Positions 38,565 through 52,185 of a DNA stretch of 64,000 nucleotides are shown here, one piece after another (position 1 is the first letter of the stretch; each line of letters opens with the position of its first letter). Under the pieces are notes generated by a model. The model made no database searches, had not been told where the DNA came from, and saw only the letters and a program-made list of their open reading frames with translations. The stretch spans positions 57,536,001 through 57,600,000 of the forward strand of contig OZ024740.1 in NCBI GenBank assembly GCA_964016885.1, given 5' to 3'. Both the position numbers and the translations under genes were made by a program. The DNA is from Eledone cirrhosa (taxonomy: Eukaryota).

Positions 38565-39160
38565 TAATAATTGTCTCTAATTTTGGTACAATGCAATTTC
38601 AGGAGGAAAGGAAAGTCAGTTATATCACCCCCAGTACTTGACTGGTGCTTTATTTGAACTCAGAATGTAAAGGGCAGTAACTAAATGCTGCAAAATATTT
38701 TCTCTGGCACAATGCTTCTGCCACTCAACCACCCTAATAATGGTTTCTGAGTTAGACACCAGGCGAACAATTTTAGGGAAAGGGAAAGTCAATTAAAGTC
38801 AACACCAGTACGTTACTGGTACTTTATTTTATCGGCCCCGTAAGGATGAAGGGTAAAGCTAACCTCAACAGGATTTGAACTTAGAATGTTAGGGGATGTA
38901 ACTATATGCCACAAGCATGTTGTCCGATGCTCTACCACTACTGACAGACCACCAATGATTTATAATTTATGCACAAAGCCAGCAATTTGTGGTGAAGGGG
39001 AAGTCGATTATACCTCATTAATTTACTGGTACTTTATTTTATTGACCTTGAAAGAATAAAAGGCAAAATTGACCTTAGTAGGACTTGAACTCACATAAAC
39101 AGTCACAACAATTACTGCTAAGTCTTTGTCTGGCACTCTAAAGACACTTCCAATCCACTA
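38565..39160 (-). mobile_element. three tandem, diverged MetaSINE-like copies
   Basis: Three repeats of ..CTGGTACTTTATTTT..GGATTTGAACT.. separated by AAT-type tails. Confidence 0.7.
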
Positions 39161-40604
39161 GATGGCTCCATAAAAATTCTATATGAAACTTGAAATTATA
39201 ATGAATTTTTTTTTTAAATGATGGACAAGATCCAAGACCTCATTCGCTTACCGAATGGGGTGGAACTCATCAGACCAGACCAAGGAAACAATGTTTCCAT
39301 TGGTCTTTCCAATTGATAATACTATCTACCTGGCAGAAGGAGAAATCTGATGTGAAATAAAGTGTCTTGCTCAAAGACACAACACCACCTGGTCCAGGAA
39401 TTGAACTCACAACCTCATGGTTGTGAATCCAACTCTCCAACAACTAAGCCATGTGCTCTCACTATAAAATTTAGAGATACATATATGCAGTATTATCGCT
39501 ATTACAACGGGCTGTTCTATTGTGAGGTACCCCTGTACATGCCACTTCCACTGAAGCATCCTTTTGTCTTCTTTTCATTATTCCTGCTGTAGCTCAACAC
39601 TAAACACGTTTTTCAATCATTCTCATCCCACTCACCCCCTCTTCCCCCACCCGCTTTCTCAGAATGTCAACATACATAAGTTCAAGCTGAACATCAATTC
39701 CTGTGAACATTAAAATGGCCATAAGCACTGTTTCACCTCTTGTCACGAATTAATTAAAAAATATATCATACTTTCCAATATTAGGATGTCTTACTATTAA
39801 CAAATCAACTATACATTAGATGCCTGATGTCAGTTAAGTAAACTAAACTGAGGCCAGCAGAGTTATGTACCTTACCTAACAACATAGCAGTATGGATGTA
39901 GCAAGGTCTCAACTTTAACCTTTAGCATGCAGGTGATTTTTATAAGTTGTTTCCCTTGACACTGCATTCTTGGATTTGATTGACTTGAGTGGCATCTTTG
40001 GCAAGCCTTAGGTTGACCTATGCCTTATGAGTGAAATTGAGTACACAGAAACTGTTGGAAGCCTGTTAAATGGATGATACCTATAATTCAAAGGGCCGGT
40101 CTTGTCACACACTATCATGTTGAATCTCCCTGTGAAATATGTTAAAGGTACACATATCTGTGGAATGCTCAGTCACTTACATGTTAATTTCATTAGCAGG
40201 CTTTTCTGTTGATTGAACAACTGGAACATTCATTGTCAAAACCGATGAAGGCCCACTGGTCATTCAACATGGTGGTAGCTTAGCATATAGAGATTTCTTA
40301 AAAGAAAAGAAGAAATACTTCCATGGCAGCAATATTTAATCTAAAACATTCCAATGTATGAACCTAGAATTTAATCACAAGCTAAGTTTAATGATCCTTG
40401 ACTTTAGGTTATGATCAAAAACACCTAATTAACTCTTAATGTCCAGCACCAAATGAAACCACATTAGAAAGACTTCCACACATAAAAATTTTCACAATAA
40501 TCTATCCAACAGTAAAGATACTATAAACATTTGAATTAACAAACCTGTTTTTAGATATTTATGCTAAAACATTGCAGGATATTTAGAGTTAAAAAACAAA
40601 TAAT

Positions 40605-40820
40605 TTAACCCTTTAGCATTTACATTACTCTATATTTACTATTATATTTTCATAGTAAAGGTTTTATCTCACATGATATCGAATCTATGAGATTTTGACG
40701 TAATTTATTTTGAGAACAATACGATAACATCAGTATAAGTGGCTAGTTACAGCCAGTTTAAACAGAAAGAGGTGAGAGAATTCTGACCAGATATGGCCGG
40801 TTTAAATGCTAAAGGGTTAA
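40605..40820. mobile_element. piggyBac-like MITE
   Basis: Perfect TTAA|CCCTTTAGCATTTA...TAAATGCTAAAGGG|TTAA. Confidence 0.9.
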
Positions 40821-43153
40821 AGACAAGCAAGAGTATGATGAAGACTCAAAATTATATTGATCTATGTTATTTGAATGTTTTCAAGTTACTCAAGGATATA
40901 TTTGTTTTTCCATAGAGTAGTTACTGACAGAACAGGATATACAATTAGGGTGTATTATGACAGTTCACCTTGTCTGCGAGACATGGAAAGTATGTAATTT
41001 CAATTTTTATTGCTTTAACTGCAAACAATTTTATTTGTGTCACTACAGACACGGCGCCACAGGATTGGTAAAATAAATGGAGATAGATGTAACTGTATAC
41101 TGGAGGATAAGGCATAAAGTATTTTAAGTAGAAGTAATTAATGAAGAATAGAAATAGATTTGCCAATTTTGTTTGGTCTGTATGCAGCAACAAATATCTG
41201 AATTTATTCGGTCTTCTGATAAAGAAACAGTGGGGAAAAGGAAAACAAAATTTCAGCAAAAGGAGATACTTTTTCTATGCCTCTGATGTCAGTTTTGTTG
41301 CATTTTTTTAATGGGACAGGATTTAGCTCGTGGCATGGAAACTCTCAGGTTTCACTCTTCACTACACCAACCAAAGCCTTATTTGAAAGAGAGAAAAAAG
41401 ATTTTTTTACAAATGCAGTTAGCATTTTTTTTTCTTTTATCAATCTAGACTTTTATCTGACTTAAATGGGATGTAAAGCAAAATGAATAGTTGCCAATAA
41501 CTTTCAGGAAAATCTGTAATAAACATAGAAATGAAAAATGGTTGATTGTTTTTTTCTTTTCTATTTTTCTTTTTAAACTGCTTTAATGGATTTGTGAGGA
41601 AAGAAGGTTTCTAATTTTAAATTTGATGGTCAATAAACAAAGTTCTAAACCAACACTACTGGCTGTTTATTGATTTTACATAAAATAGCTGGGAGGGAAC
41701 CTGCTCACACATTCATACAATAGAGAAAGAACATTAAAAGATGTTACTGCATCAGTTGCCTTCTCAGTATTTTCTCCTGGCACATTCAACAAACAAACCC
41801 TGAGAAATACACTGAATATTTTGCTACTTTAATGAAATTCCCATAAATTCTCTGGGGATAGTAATTTCACATATACAAATGTATTGAGTGCTTAAAACGA
41901 ATTTTCTAACTGAAGGGTTGTAAAAAAAGATAAATAAAAATGAAAATGTGAGTCAATATATTTAAATTAAAAAAAGAAATATGACTTGAAAATTTTCTTT
42001 TAATCTCAGAACAGTCTTCAGAAGTCATTTAAACGTAAAAATTTCATAAATGTAATAAATGTTTTTTAAGTTCAATCTTTATTTATGGCCAGTGGATATT
42101 TAATACCTTGTCCAATAACAGAATACAACCTCATAACTCATCAGAAAAGAGGTCAACCACTATGTGCCTACAAACATTTCTGTATCTAATTCAGTATACC
42201 ATCAGTCTATTTGAAATCATAGTTTACTTATTACTATCATCATCAGGGTGGTAGATTGTATAGCAGTATTTTCTAGGCTCTTTACATCCTGGGTTCAATT
42301 CCCGCTGAGATTAACTTTGCTTTTCATCCTTTCAGGGTTGATAAACTAAGGTGCTAGTCAAGTACTAGTACCTTATTTCATCAGCTTTCCTCTCCCAAAT
42401 ATTAGTGGTTTTGTTTCTAAAGTAGAAATCATTATCATCCTCATCATAAGTTTTATGTTGTTTTATTTTTTTCATGTTGGTATGAGTTGAATGAGAATTT
42501 TTGAAGTAGACTTCTGCAATCAATTACCCTTTCCAATGTCAACCCTTACCTTTTTAGAAATATACAGTTCATCACACATTTAAATGCTTAAGACAAGGAT
42601 TTGTGTTTACATGGAAAGTAAACAAATATTATCACCTGTAATCTTTCCATCCCCCCCCCCCCCCCACTTCCTTGTCCAACCTATGGTAAAATGGAAAGCC
42701 AGAGCAAACCTCTGATTCACCTTTTCCACTCAACTCACATTTCCATACAACCCAGGCTAACATGGAAAGCCAGACACAACTCACAATATGTAAGACACCA
42801 CTTGCTTCAAGGTCTACACCACCTGGCAAGCAGCATATAAACTGAACCCCCCCCCCCACATACACACTCCAATCCAATCAGTTCCTCCCTAACCTAGCTA
42901 AGGACACACCGACCACCCTAGTGTGGTAATGAGATAGTACTAGCTTCCTAACAAGTTCCATCTATTGAATTCACTTACAAAGCATTAGTTGGACCTAGGC
43001 TTTAGTAGAAGACATTTGCCTAAGATGCTACACAGTATGATAGAAGCAACAAAGGTGACTGTGGCTGGATTTGAAATCAGAGTGCAGAAAGCTGAAACAA
43101 ATACTCGCAAAGTATTTTGTCTGATGCTCTAGCAAGCAGCAATTCCACTCCTG

Positions 43154-43206
<53 letters not shown>

Positions 43207-45138
43207 TACACACACACACACACATACACACGTGCACACACATATAAAAAAAAGACAATCAATAAAACCAAAGAATAAAATAATAAAACAAATAACTATC
43301 AATAAAAAAGAACCATATTTTTATTATATACAGTATAAAATATAAAATAGATATTCAGGTAAAATTCAATTTCATAAACAGAGGTTAGAAAATACAATCT
43401 ATGAATGTACAAAATGTGTACAGATTCATGATGATGGCTCCTCCATTTCAATTATGAGCATTCAGTTGTTTCATCAACTGAATGTCCAACGTGTGAATTA
43501 CTGTATATTCTTGGATATAAGCAGAGGAATATGTGACTAAAAAAAAAGAAAAAAAATCAATGGTAGAAGCAGGGGTCAATATTTTGATGATTTTCACCAA
43601 CTTCAAATTCCATGTAAATAAGGTTTGGATTTTTGCCCATTTCTCAGACATAAATTAGTGGGGTCAGCTTATATTTATATTGACTTATATTCGAGCATAT
43701 TCAGTAACATGTGGGTTGGATCTCCGTAATTTCCAATAAGTACTCCAGTTCATTCAATCAACCCATGCACCCTTAATATAGTTCTCAGAGAGACTCAGCA
43801 TGACACAATAAATGACAAAATTGGTCCCTTGAATTACAAGTAATAACTCATTATTGTCAGCTGAGTGGACTGGAACAATGTGAAATAAAGTGTCTTGCCC
43901 AAAGCCACAGCATACTACCAAGTCTGAAAATCAAATTTATGACTTTGCGATCATGAATCAAGCACTCTAACACTAAGCCATGTACCTACACATGTAAGTG
44001 GTTGAGTATTCCACAAAGACTTGTACCCTTAACATAATTCTCAGGCAGAATCAGAGTGATGCAATATGTAACAATGCTGGCTCTTTGCTTTACAGATACA
44101 ATCTATCCAACAGGCTCCCACACAGTTTCTGTCTACCCAATTACACTAACAAGGTTTGGATTGACCCAAGGCTAAAGTAAAGACATTTGCTATGCAGTTG
44201 GATTAAACCTGGGACTTCATGATTGCAAAGTAAACTTCTTAATCACTCAGCTGTACCTATGTCTGGCTGTATATCCAATAACTGGAGGGTGACTGTGACT
44301 TCAAGTCTCGACCTAATGTTTATTTTTCAGCTAATATAGCAAATATTGCATACCTTGTCTGATTTTAATAATAATGATATATATATTTTATGATACTAAA
44401 CCATTTGTTTGAAAATGTTTATATTTATACCAAACCTTTCCATTATATTTTTTATTTAAGGATTTTATTTATTCATTTATTCAATTTAAACATCCGCATA
44501 GAGCTAGTAAGCCATGACAGACTAGGGTAAGTATCGAGTACCCCTTACAGTTGGTAATCAAAATAGCTAGCGACACAAGTAATAAAAAGAAAAAAGAAAA
44601 AATAACTAAAAACCAACAAAATTTAAGGGAGGGGGGGGGGGGGATAACAAAAATAAAATTTCAATTATTGAAGGCCAATGGAATGGGAGGCAGATTATTG
44701 ATAATTTTGTTAATGAGAAAGTTAGTGAATCACTAAATCCCACTAAATTCCTGCTTATTTTCAAAATTATTTGCAAGAACCTAGGCAGTGTCTTTCATTA
44801 GAAATATTTTAATTTAATATCATAAACGAGCTAATGAAGTAAAAGTTACATGCTCTGTTGTTTGGTTTTCACCTTTCATTATCAAATTTCTCATGAAATA
44901 CATTGACTGTGTTTTAGTTAATGTTGAAAATAAACAAGAATTTAGAGGGTTTTAGTAAAATAACTTTTTCAATAAGTTGACATTTAGAACATAATCGAAC
45001 AGTTCTTATATAAAATTATGATGGGCAGTTTTAATATAGATATGAATAAGAGAATGTTGTAGTTTGCTTGAAGCATTGTGGGATATGAAATGTGGTTGTC
45101 TTGGAAGTTGCTACAATGTAAGTGGGGTTGTAAATATA

Positions 45139-45342
45139 TACGAGGGCCGGCTGAAAAGTTCATAGGCTGACTATGAAAGAGTGATGCTTGCACTGTGAAA
45201 TCTTGCATGCATTACTTTCAACTCTTCTTATTAACAACTGCATTGATTATTTTTCTAGTGACTATGTTGAAAAATAAACCTCATTTGGTCATTCCATGAG
45301 AGTACCTTGGTCAGCCTATGAACTTTCTGGCTGACCCTTGTA
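45139..45342. mobile_element. mariner-derived MITE (deletion derivative of the 35599 element)
   Basis: TACGAGGGCCGGCTGAAAAGTTCATAGGCTGAC...GTCAGCCTATGAACTTTCTGGCTGACCCTTGTA TIRs; first ~110 bp match 35599-35700. Confidence 0.85.
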
Positions 45343-45766
45343 TTTGTCCCAATGTATATTGGGAGAAATAAATATTTCCAAGGTAACATTATCTTGTTTT
45401 CCTTCCTCTTCTCCACTCTATCTCACATCTCTCATTCTTCAACCAATTTTCTTCACAACCCCACTTGCATTTTATTGGCTCCCAAGACATATACACATTT
45501 CATAAATATGAATGCTTTAAAATGGATAGTTTTATCACAGAACAAGAGGCAATTTCAGACGAGTTGGTATCAGATTGATTAACTTATTAATTTGTGTTTT
45601 TGTTCTGACAGTTGGTGTAAACTTGATGATGTACAAGCAAGGAAAATTATATAATCTACTCTACAGAAGATAAAATAGGGAATTAATTTTTCTTAATAAA
45701 ACATATAGTTACAATCATAATTTATTATACTACTAACTGCATCTTTAGAGATTAAATATTTTTCTT

Positions 45767-45977
45767 TTAACCCTTTAGCATTTAAACCAACTGTATTGGC
45801 CAGGATTCTCTCACCTCTTTCTGTTCAAACCAGCTGTAGCCTCATACCAATGTTTAAGTATTTAAAAAAAAAAAAATTACATCAAAATCTCATAGATTCT
45901 ATATTATGTGAGATAAAGTGTTTACTGTGAAAATATAATAGTATATATATAGAGTAATATAAATGCTAAAGGGTTAA
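45767..45977. mobile_element. piggyBac-like MITE
   Basis: TTAA TSDs and 14-bp TIRs as above. Confidence 0.9.
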
Positions 45978-46612
45978 ATTTACACCACATTTGAACCTGC
46001 TTGATTTCCAACTGTCAGTAAATGTTTTATTCCCAGAACTTAGTACAGCACTGGGTTTGAACTAGGAACCTTTGTTTATAAATGTAGGATAGTAAAGCTT
46101 GTATCAATAATGTCATTGACATATCTACAAACAAGAATTAGTAGCATAGTTTGAAAAAGGATAATCCTATTAGAAATAACTCACCTCAGGCAATTCACAG
46201 GTAAATATTATTGCAAAGCAATTGTTTTATATATATATATATATAGAGAGAGAGAGAAATACATACATTTATATATATATATAGAGAGAGTGAGTATGTG
46301 TATGTGAAGGTGGTCAGAAACTGGAGTAAAATTATGAATAGATGCTAGTTAGAATATGAGATCACATGATGTCTTTTCAATATTTCCTTAGCAGCAATAC
46401 TAAATATCTTCATACACAGAATTCATTAATTCATGTTTTCTCGGTTTCTTACATAATTTTCCTATTCAAATAATATTGATGTATGCAAGATGTTTATAGA
46501 AACAATATAAATGGACATAGAAGAATGTATAGATGAACAATAGAAATGCATATATATAAGGAAAATGTTTGGGTCAGATAATTTATCTGGATATAGAAAG
46601 TATTCAAAAATA

Positions 46613-46813
46613 TCAAACTGTTGGCAATTTTCCAGCAATTTCTTGCACTAATTCACTTGGAATTATTGATCTTGATAATAGGTTCCTTTGGGTTTCATTT
46701 GACTTCAATACAAAAACTAACTTTCTGGAAATTTTCTGGTACTGATTATTCACCACCTTTTTACAGTGAGAAAATACACTAGATTCAAGATCACATACCA
46801 ATTTAGAGTTACT
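46613..46813 (-). CDS. TCEANC2: terminal coding exon of a TCEANC2-like gene (TFIIS central-like domain)
   Basis: Acceptor TTTTTTCTAATTACAG|AGT, phase 0; SNSKLVCDLESSVFSHCKKVVNNQYQKISRKLVFVLKSNE...*. Aligns by eye with human TCEANC2 [33 protein letters not shown]. Confidence 0.85.
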   Translation of the reverse strand, partial: SNSKLVCDLESSVFSHCKKVVNNQYQKISRKLVFVLKSNETQRNLLSRSIIPSELVQEIAGKLPTV

Positions 46814-47029
46814 CTGTAATTAGAAAAAAATTGGAAAAGAATAGTTTTAAAAAAATGATCATCATCACCACCTCATTAAATTTTCATATAATCATTGTAG
46901 GCATACACACAAACATATAAGATGGGGAAAAAATCTCTTAATTAAGAACTTGGAAATATTCAAAAACATCTTCAAATTATTCAAGTTGAAAATCGATTTC
47001 AATATAGTAATAATTTTATATATATATAT

Positions 47030-50000
47030 ATCATCATCATCATTTTACGTCCGCTTTTCCCTGCTTGCAAGGGAGGGATGGGTCTTATTCAGCACAGCAT
47101 CTCTCCACTTGTCACGGTCTTTTGTCATCTCCACCGTGAGCTTCAGCGATCTGAGGTCTGTTCTCACCACCTCCGCCCATGTTTTTCGTGGTCTACCTCT
47201 ACCATGTCTTCCTTCAACTGGCATTCCCTGGCACTTCTTCACCCATCAGTCATCATCCATGCGCATCACATGTCCATACGACCGCAGTCTCCTCTCTTGC
47301 ACACTATATTCTATCCCTCTCAGACACAGTTTCTCTCTCAACACATTTATGCTGGGTCGTTCACGCACATTGACATTGCACATCCAACGGAGCATGCTTG
47401 CATCATTTCTCTCCAGCCGTCGCATATCTTCTGCAGTTGCTGCCCATGTCTCACTACCATGCAGCATCGCGCTCCTCACACAGGCATCATATAACCGGCC
47501 TTTTGCATGCAGGGAGAAACCCTTCTTCGTCAGCAGAGGAAGCAGCTCCCTAAACTTCTTCCAACCCGTCCTTATTCTAGATACTATGGCCTCGAAACAC
47601 CCCCCTCCCATGCTAATCTGATCTCCTAGGTACCGGAAGCTATCCACCACTTCTATAGCACCCACCTGCATTTGAAAAATGTGTCTATCAATGCGACTTC
47701 TACTGTCTAATTTCCCTGTACATCTACTGCATACATATTTCTGCCTACCTGTTAGTTTGCCTGCTATCCCGCTACATCTCTTGTGTATCCAGGATCTGCA
47801 TTGTGTGCATTTTATAGAATTTATGCCAGTTCCTTTTCTGCATACCAAACATGGCCATTTCCCTGACGGAATCAGAGTTTTGTCCTCTTTTCTACTCATC
47901 AACACTTTTGTCTTAGCTAGGTTCACTCTCAGTCCTCTTGCTTCCAACTGCTGTTTCCATAGCCAGAATTTATTCTCTAGCTCCTCTACTTATTCTGCTA
48001 TAAGAACCAGATCGTCAGCATAGAGAAGTTCCCATGGACAGCCAGTCTTAAACTCCTCTGTTATGGCTTGGAGGACTATAATGAACAAGAGCGGGCTGAG
48101 GACTGAACCTTGATGTGCTCCTACTTGTATCTGGAATTCCTCACTAAACTCCATTCCTACTCTGACTTTACTGACAGCATCTCTGTACAAAGTTTGCACT
48201 GTCCTCACAAGCCATTCCTCAACACCTAGCTTCCTTAGGGACCACCAGATGACAGATCGGGGTACCCTATCAAAAGCCTTCTCGAGGTTAACAAAGGCTA
48301 AGTATAGTGGCTTATTCTTCTCTAAGAACCTCTCTTGTAATTGTCTCACCAAGAAGAGGGCATCTGTTGTACTTTTCCCAGGTACAAAACCAAACTGCAT
48401 CTCATCTAGTTTGACCTTTTCTCTAATTAGTTGTGCTAATATCCTTTCTGCCACTTTCATAACCTGATCCATAAGTTTTATACCCCTATAATTGCTCCTC
48501 ACCAGAGCATCCCCTTTACCTTTGTAGCAATTTATGAGAATACTGCTGCACCAGTCTTTGGGTATGACACCACCATATATAGCCAGATTGATGATGCGTG
48601 CAACCAGTTTAGTGCCTACGTCCCCTGATGCCTTTAGCATCTCAGCAACTATCCCCAATGGTCCAGCAGCCTTACCATTTTTCATTTCCTTAATCGCCTC
48701 TTGGACCCTATATTTGTCAATCTCAATAGCTGGTCCCTCTGTTGGATCTACTGAGGGTAATTTCTCTCTCTCCCATTCGTTCTCCACATTCATCAGTCTC
48801 TCATAATGACATTTCCAGGCCTTCTTTTTTCTGATCATTCGTGACACGAAGTACATCAGCATCATTCCGGACACATTTATCTCCAACAACATCCTGATTT
48901 GCATTGACACACTGCCTTGCAATGTGGAACACTGCACGCCTCTGATCTTCCCGTTGCAGAACATTGGCAAACCTCCTACTCTCAGCCTCCCTGCGTGCTA
49001 AGTACACCTGCCTGGCGTCTAGCTTCTCTCTTAGTGGCTGTATATCCTTCTCTACTCCCACCCTTTTTCCAAGCCTTCCATGCATCTTTTGTCTCTAATG
49101 GCCTTATCTACTGTGCTGTTCTACCACCAGGTCACTCTCTGTCTGGTTGGAAGCTCTGCTCCAGCCCCAAGTTTCATCAGTAGCCTACAGTAAGTTGTCA
49201 CGTAAGAAATTCCAGTTATTATCTACGTCATACGACTCTAAATTGTCTTCTTTTTCGTCATACACATATTGAAGGGCTTTCCTAAATTTGTATTTTAGTG
49301 AAAGGTCTTTTAGCTTCCAGACCTTTCTTCTCCACACCTTCCTGTATGTCTCATTCCATCTCTTGCTTACTGAGATATCACTAACGACTAACCTATGCTG
49401 TGGGGTACATTCTTCCCCAGGGCATGCCTTGGTATTTGACACCATCTGCCTGTCCTGCTGCCTAAATAGTAAGAAGTCAATCTGGCTTATGTGCTCACCA
49501 GATTTGTAGATTATTAGGTGGTTGGCAGGTTTCTGGAAGTTAGTGTTGCAAATAGTCAGTGTATTTGCATCACAAAATTCAAGAAGTCTCACTCCTTCAT
49601 TTTTTGAGCCGTAACCGTGCCCACCATGTACCCCAGTGTAACCATCCTGGAGCTGTCCAACATGACCATTGAAGTCTCCTGCTAGCATAACGATGTCTCC
49701 GTCCTCTGTCATTGCGGTTGTTTGTAAAAGTTGCTCGTAAAAGCAGTCTTTCTCTTCTTTGCCTAGGCCTGCTTGGGGAGCATAGGCCGAGATGATTGTC
49801 AGTAGTCTCCTGCCTACAACTAATCTAAGCTTAATTATTCGATTATTAACTCGAACTACCTCTATTGTATTATTGATCCATCTCTCAGCCAGGAAAATGC
49901 CTACTCCCCCTAACCCATCATCCTTACCTACCCAGAAAAGCTTATAGCTAAGATGTTTGCCTGCGACTAGTCTCGCAGAGGCACCTCTCCATCTCACCTC

Positions 50001-50275
50001 TTGCACGCAGCACACATCCACCTGCCTTCTCTCCAGCACCTCCACTATTTCACCAGATCTACCTCTGAGAGTGCCAACATTAAGTGTTGCAACACTGAGA
50101 TGCGACGTCTTCATATTTTGTTGTTGTTCCTATATATTTGTTGCTGTGCTCATAATTGTTTTGGCATTGATATACTGGTTGGATGCCCTTCCTAATACCA
50201 GTGCCACTTTACAGCATGGACTGGGTGCTTTTATTCGTGCCACCAGCACTAGAGAGGATTTCTTACTGGACTCAT
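47030..50275 (-). mobile_element. near full-length RTE LINE, subfamily C (5' region, APE endonuclease, RT), inactivated; lies in the last TCEANC2 intron in sense orientation
   Basis: ORF 49185-50114 (ATLNVGTL, CVQEVRW, AGDFNGHVG, SQIDF, QHRLV), then 48801-49085, 47990-48970 (LYADD), 47246-47947 and 47045-47242; (CAT)n tail. Confidence 0.95.
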
Positions 50276-50566
50276 GGGCCCTCTCTATCCCTCCATTTTA
50301 CACAAAAAGACAAAAAAAAAAACGCCACTGCATACACACACACACTCACTCACACACCAACACTCATGCATACAAACACTTTTAGGTTACGCCCAGCCAA
50401 ACGAACCTGTAACATATCTTGAACAAGCAATTCCCATGCTCAGAAGGTTTTTTTTACATATATACACACATATATATACAGAGTGCAGGCAGCATTACTG
50501 TCTGGGAAAAGATTACTGACAGGGAAAAGATAAAAGATAACAGTGTTTTTATTTTTTGAGATATAT

Positions 50567-50945
50567 TTGTGAGTTCAATTCTCAGACCGAGTGATATATT
50601 GTTTCCTTGAGCAAGACACTTTATTTCACATTGCTCCAGTTTACTCAGCTGTAGAAATGAGATGATAGGACTGCAAAGTGGCCGTAGAGGAGCCACGGCA
50701 AAAAAAAAGCACTCAGCCCACACTGTCAAGTAGACGTGTAGGTGCCACGGAAAAAAAAAAGCTCCCAGCACTCACTGTAAATGAGATTGGTGTTAGGAAG
50801 GGCATCCAGCTGTAGAAATCAAGCCAAAATCAGTTCTCGTATGAGCAAGACAGTCAGCCAACAGGACAGTGCCCATAACAGGACAACCTGTCTAACCCAT
50901 GCTAGCATGGAAGAACGGACGTAAAACGGTGATGATGATGATGAT
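50567..50945 (+). mobile_element. tRNA-SINE variant ending in the RTE-B 3' tail
   Basis: B-box/core as at 56911, but the tail is GGACAACCTGTCTAACCCATGCTAGCATGGAAGAACGGACGTAAAACGG(TGA)n, as in RTE-B. Confidence 0.8.
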
Positions 50946-50949
50946 TTGC

Positions 50950-51250
50950 CCAACTTGGGTCAGCTTGTCTTGATGATATATTCTGCCAATCTCACTCAAT
51001 GACGGCCTTTGAACTGGCCACAGGCCTTCTTCACTGTCTCCCAACTTAGCACCACCCACCCTCTGAAGGCCCTGGTGATTCTGGCACTCAGCTCGTCCTT
51101 CATGTTGCAGCTGTATCTGTTAGGCCAATTGTCAAGTGCAGTGTGGTCGAAGAACTTCTCTGATAGCCAAGCCTGGACTTCTGGCTGATGTGGCAGGGTG
51201 CTGAGTCTTGCTGCCACACATATGGCCTTCTTGCAGCTATCTGCTGGGCC
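50950..51250 (-). mobile_element. decayed maT-type transposase 3' fragment
   Basis: Homologous to 59940-60310 (QAWLSEKFFDHT, CNMKDELSARIT, KKACGQFKGR). Confidence 0.7.
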
Positions 51251-51959
51251 AGGGGAAATTGTATATTTCACCTTCCTTTACACATAGTTTGTTTGGTGGG
51301 TGAGAGAGTGAATTGAGATACTTTTATCAAAACTCTTGTGCTGTTATTTCTTGTGTAAAAATATAAGCCCTTACCCCAAAATAAGCCCTAGTGCCTATAA
51401 GGCCAGTGTCCTCTCTAAGGGGGTAGAAAAAGCTTCCAGCAACAGACGAGAGAGAGAGATTTTTCTTTTATTGGCTTAATATTTTTAACAGTATTTTTGA
51501 TAAGCATCACACATATAAATCATTGGTGCTTCAAACAGAATTAGCATTAGGCTACAATGACTAACTAAAAGTAATTTAATGCCAGACATACCAACAGCTT
51601 TCTCTGACTACAAAGCAGTAAACATTTTTAGTGTATATCAATCATTAAGTCAATTAAAAATATTTTTTGCATCAAAACAGAAAACTGGCAAAAATACTCA
51701 ATTGATATTTCTAGTTTAAAAACAAAATGATTAATGAGAATTATTTAATGGTGAGTTAATTATTCAATAACAAGTAAAGAATGCAGACATGGCCACTGGA
51801 CTTTAAAAGTTCCTTTTGTAAGGACATTCCAGGTTCAAACATATGAGGTACCACTTTAGGCAAGTGTTGCTACAATAGCTTTTCAGATAACTGAAAGCTT
51901 TCAATTCACTACAATATCTTAGAGATGTCTGAAGGTTTTGTAATTCTCTACAATATATT

Positions 51960-52185
51960 GAATCTTTTAGCATTTAAACTGGCTGTATCCGGCCAGAATT
52001 CTCTCACCTCTTTTTATTCAAACTGGCTGTAACCGGCCACGCATACTGATGTTAAGGTATTCTTCTCAAAATAAATAACATCAAAATCTCATAGATTCAA
52101 TGTTATGTAAGATAATTATGAAGTAAAACCTTTACTGTGAAAATATAATAGTAAATATAGAGTAATGTAAATGCTAAAGGGTTAA
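51960..52185. mobile_element. piggyBac-like MITE
   Basis: Right end AATGCTAAAGGG|TTAA intact; body as in the other copies. Confidence 0.85.
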
